Shown one piece after another: positions 61,951 to 64,000 of a stretch of 64,000 nt of DNA. The notes beneath the pieces are model-generated. The model saw only the letters and a list, made by a program, of their open reading frames with translations. It was not told the origin of the DNA and made no database searches. A program made the position numbers and the translations under genes. Position 1 is the first letter of the stretch. Every line of letters starts with the position of its first letter. Source of the DNA: the human T2T-CHM13v2.0 reference genome, Homo sapiens; the NCBI RefSeq assembly GCF_009914755.1, contig NC_060929.1. One strand, 5' to 3'.

Positions 61951-64000
61951 TAATTTTACACTTTATGTCTTAGTCTGTTTTGTGCTGCTGTAACAAAATA
62001 CCTGAGACTGGGTAATTTATAAAAAATAGAAAATTATTTTCTGATAGTTCTGTAGGCAAGGAAGTCAATGATCAAGATACCAGCATGTAATGAGGGCCTT
62101 CTGTTGCACTCTCAGATAGCATTAGTTTAAATGGCAAGAGAAAGGCAGAACTCTATTTGAGAGGGCTGTTGCAACCTTACAGCATGATACATCTTGTGAA
62201 ATATGGTTTTGAACATTTTTATTAAAAATGTAGGCATCAAAATCTCTACCATTTGTGTCATGTTATAATAATAACTATAAAACTGCATTATTCAGAATAT
62301 GTAACAATAAAAATTAATATTAAAAAGTTTTAAAATGTATTTGCTTTTGCATATATCGTTTCTATTGATCATAACAACCAGATGTGATAACCAGGGCCAG
62401 ATATTTCTACTGTTATCATTAGAAATCAAAGAAAACTAACATATTGGATGGTTTTAAAAATTATAAAAATTGTAAGTGTACATATAAATATTAACTTGTA
62501 AGTCATCTTGCAAGTATTATAATCAGATTTCATTTTCAAATCGTGATGAATCTAACATGATACCTAAGTTTGTATATTGAACAATGTGTATACATGTGCA
62601 CACACTTTTAATTTATATTTTTCTCATTCTGAGTGATAATGCAGCAAAATTTAAAGAGATTACACTATAATTATGTTTAAAACCTTACTTGTACTTTTGA
62701 AACAAATCACAGGTTGAGTCATGATAACAGGACAAAATATACTTAGCTGCTGAATATAAACAAAGTATACAGAAACGTAAATCTTGCAAGCACAAAAGTG
62801 TTAAAAACAGCAAGATCTAGAGGCTCAAGTACAAGAGAGATATATTATACCAAGAGCAGTAATCTCAAAAATTTATATCCCAAATGTGCAGACTTGATCT
62901 TATTTTCAGTCAGTGTGTTCTGTATGGAAGATGAACATGCTCCTGACAACGGAGTATGATTTAGAAAACTATATCCTGCACAGAGGGATATAAAATGTGA
63001 TTATATACTGCACTTCTGTGCAAAATTTTAAACAGAATTTAATCAATCACTTTGAAACCTAGATGTATTTGTGGAACAATGACATCACTTTGAAATTATG
63101 TGTAGTTTGTAAATGCACAAAATTAGTAATGTATTTTGTGTAAATGGATTACTTTGGAAAGAAACTCATAAGAACTACATTATCAGACAAAACATTCTTT
63201 GAAAATTTGTGTGCTACAAGGCAATTTGCCATTTCATTTTAATAGAATGTTCCATGCTGAAAATGTCTAACTGCTCAGAAGTGGAATAGGAGTGTAAATT
63301 TATTATCTGAGAAAAGAAAATTAATTGACACAGGCCAAAAATGTAATGGAATTAGACCCATGTGCCTTAGTGAGAACTTAGGAACTCGATCTGGGCTCTA
63401 TGGAGTGACAAAATTATGCAAAAAAAAAATGAAGTATGTCATTTTTGCACAAAGCTCAGGATTTCTCAAAGGAATATTACATAAAATAATGAAGTCTCCT
63501 TTATCTCCAAGACAGTCCAGTCTTAGAACGCAATGGAACATGCCATTTGAAATAAAAAACAAATTTTGTTTTTGTTTTGTTTAGTTATGTTTGGTGCTAT
63601 TTTAAGTATTTAACATTCATAAAGAGAGAATTAGCAATTAATGAGATAAAGTTTAAAAAAAATCTAGAGATCAGGACAAGGTAAAAAAAAATCATTCAGT
63701 CTTGCAAATCTGTTATTTAATAGGTCATGTTTTAAGAACTGGGAATACAGATACTATGTGTATTTTAAATAGAAAATTTGAAATGTACAAGAAGTCATTT
63801 TTAAATATAGTCACTCTGCTATAAAGTCAATCTCTAAAACTCAATCTTTGTGTCTAACTGAAACTGTACCCTGTGAACAACATCTCCCCATTCCCTATCC
63901 CTTGCCTCCAGCATTAACTAGCATTCTACTCTCTGCTTTTAAGGGTTTGCCTTTTTTCGATTGCTAAAAAGTCTATTTTCAGTGTTCTCACAACAAAAAG

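Overview
Human (primate) genomic DNA with no prokaryotic or CRISPR features. It looks like one copy of the GUSBP/POM121L segmental-duplication mosaic (SMA3/4/5-type duplicon, most likely 5q13 or 5p; the exact paralog cannot be fixed from sequence alone). Three blocks: (1) AT-rich, L1/L2/LTR-rich flanks (~1-22.8 kb and ~47-64 kb); (2) an intronless POM121-like retrocopy on the minus strand (23.9-27.7 kb) with an uninterrupted 1166-aa ORF built from an 807-816 bp coding tandem repeat, ending in a hydrophobic tail and lying downstream of a same-strand THE1 provirus whose LTRs carry DUX4-type motifs; (3) a GC-rich, Alu-dense unprocessed beta-glucuronidase pseudogene on the plus strand (exons 5, truncated 6, 9, 10, 11; 34.7-45.2 kb) bounded by broken Alus. 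The strongest new observation is that exons 5+6'+9+10 total 540 nt, are flanked by inverted Alus, and if back-spliced form a stop-free 180-codon circular ORF (rolling-circle translation candidate). Two 5'-inverted (twin-primed) L1s and several microhomology or foldback scars are also visible. Repeat subfamily calls and GUSB/POM121/SMA3 comparisons are from recalled consensus sequences; repeat boundaries are approximate unless a TSD is given.
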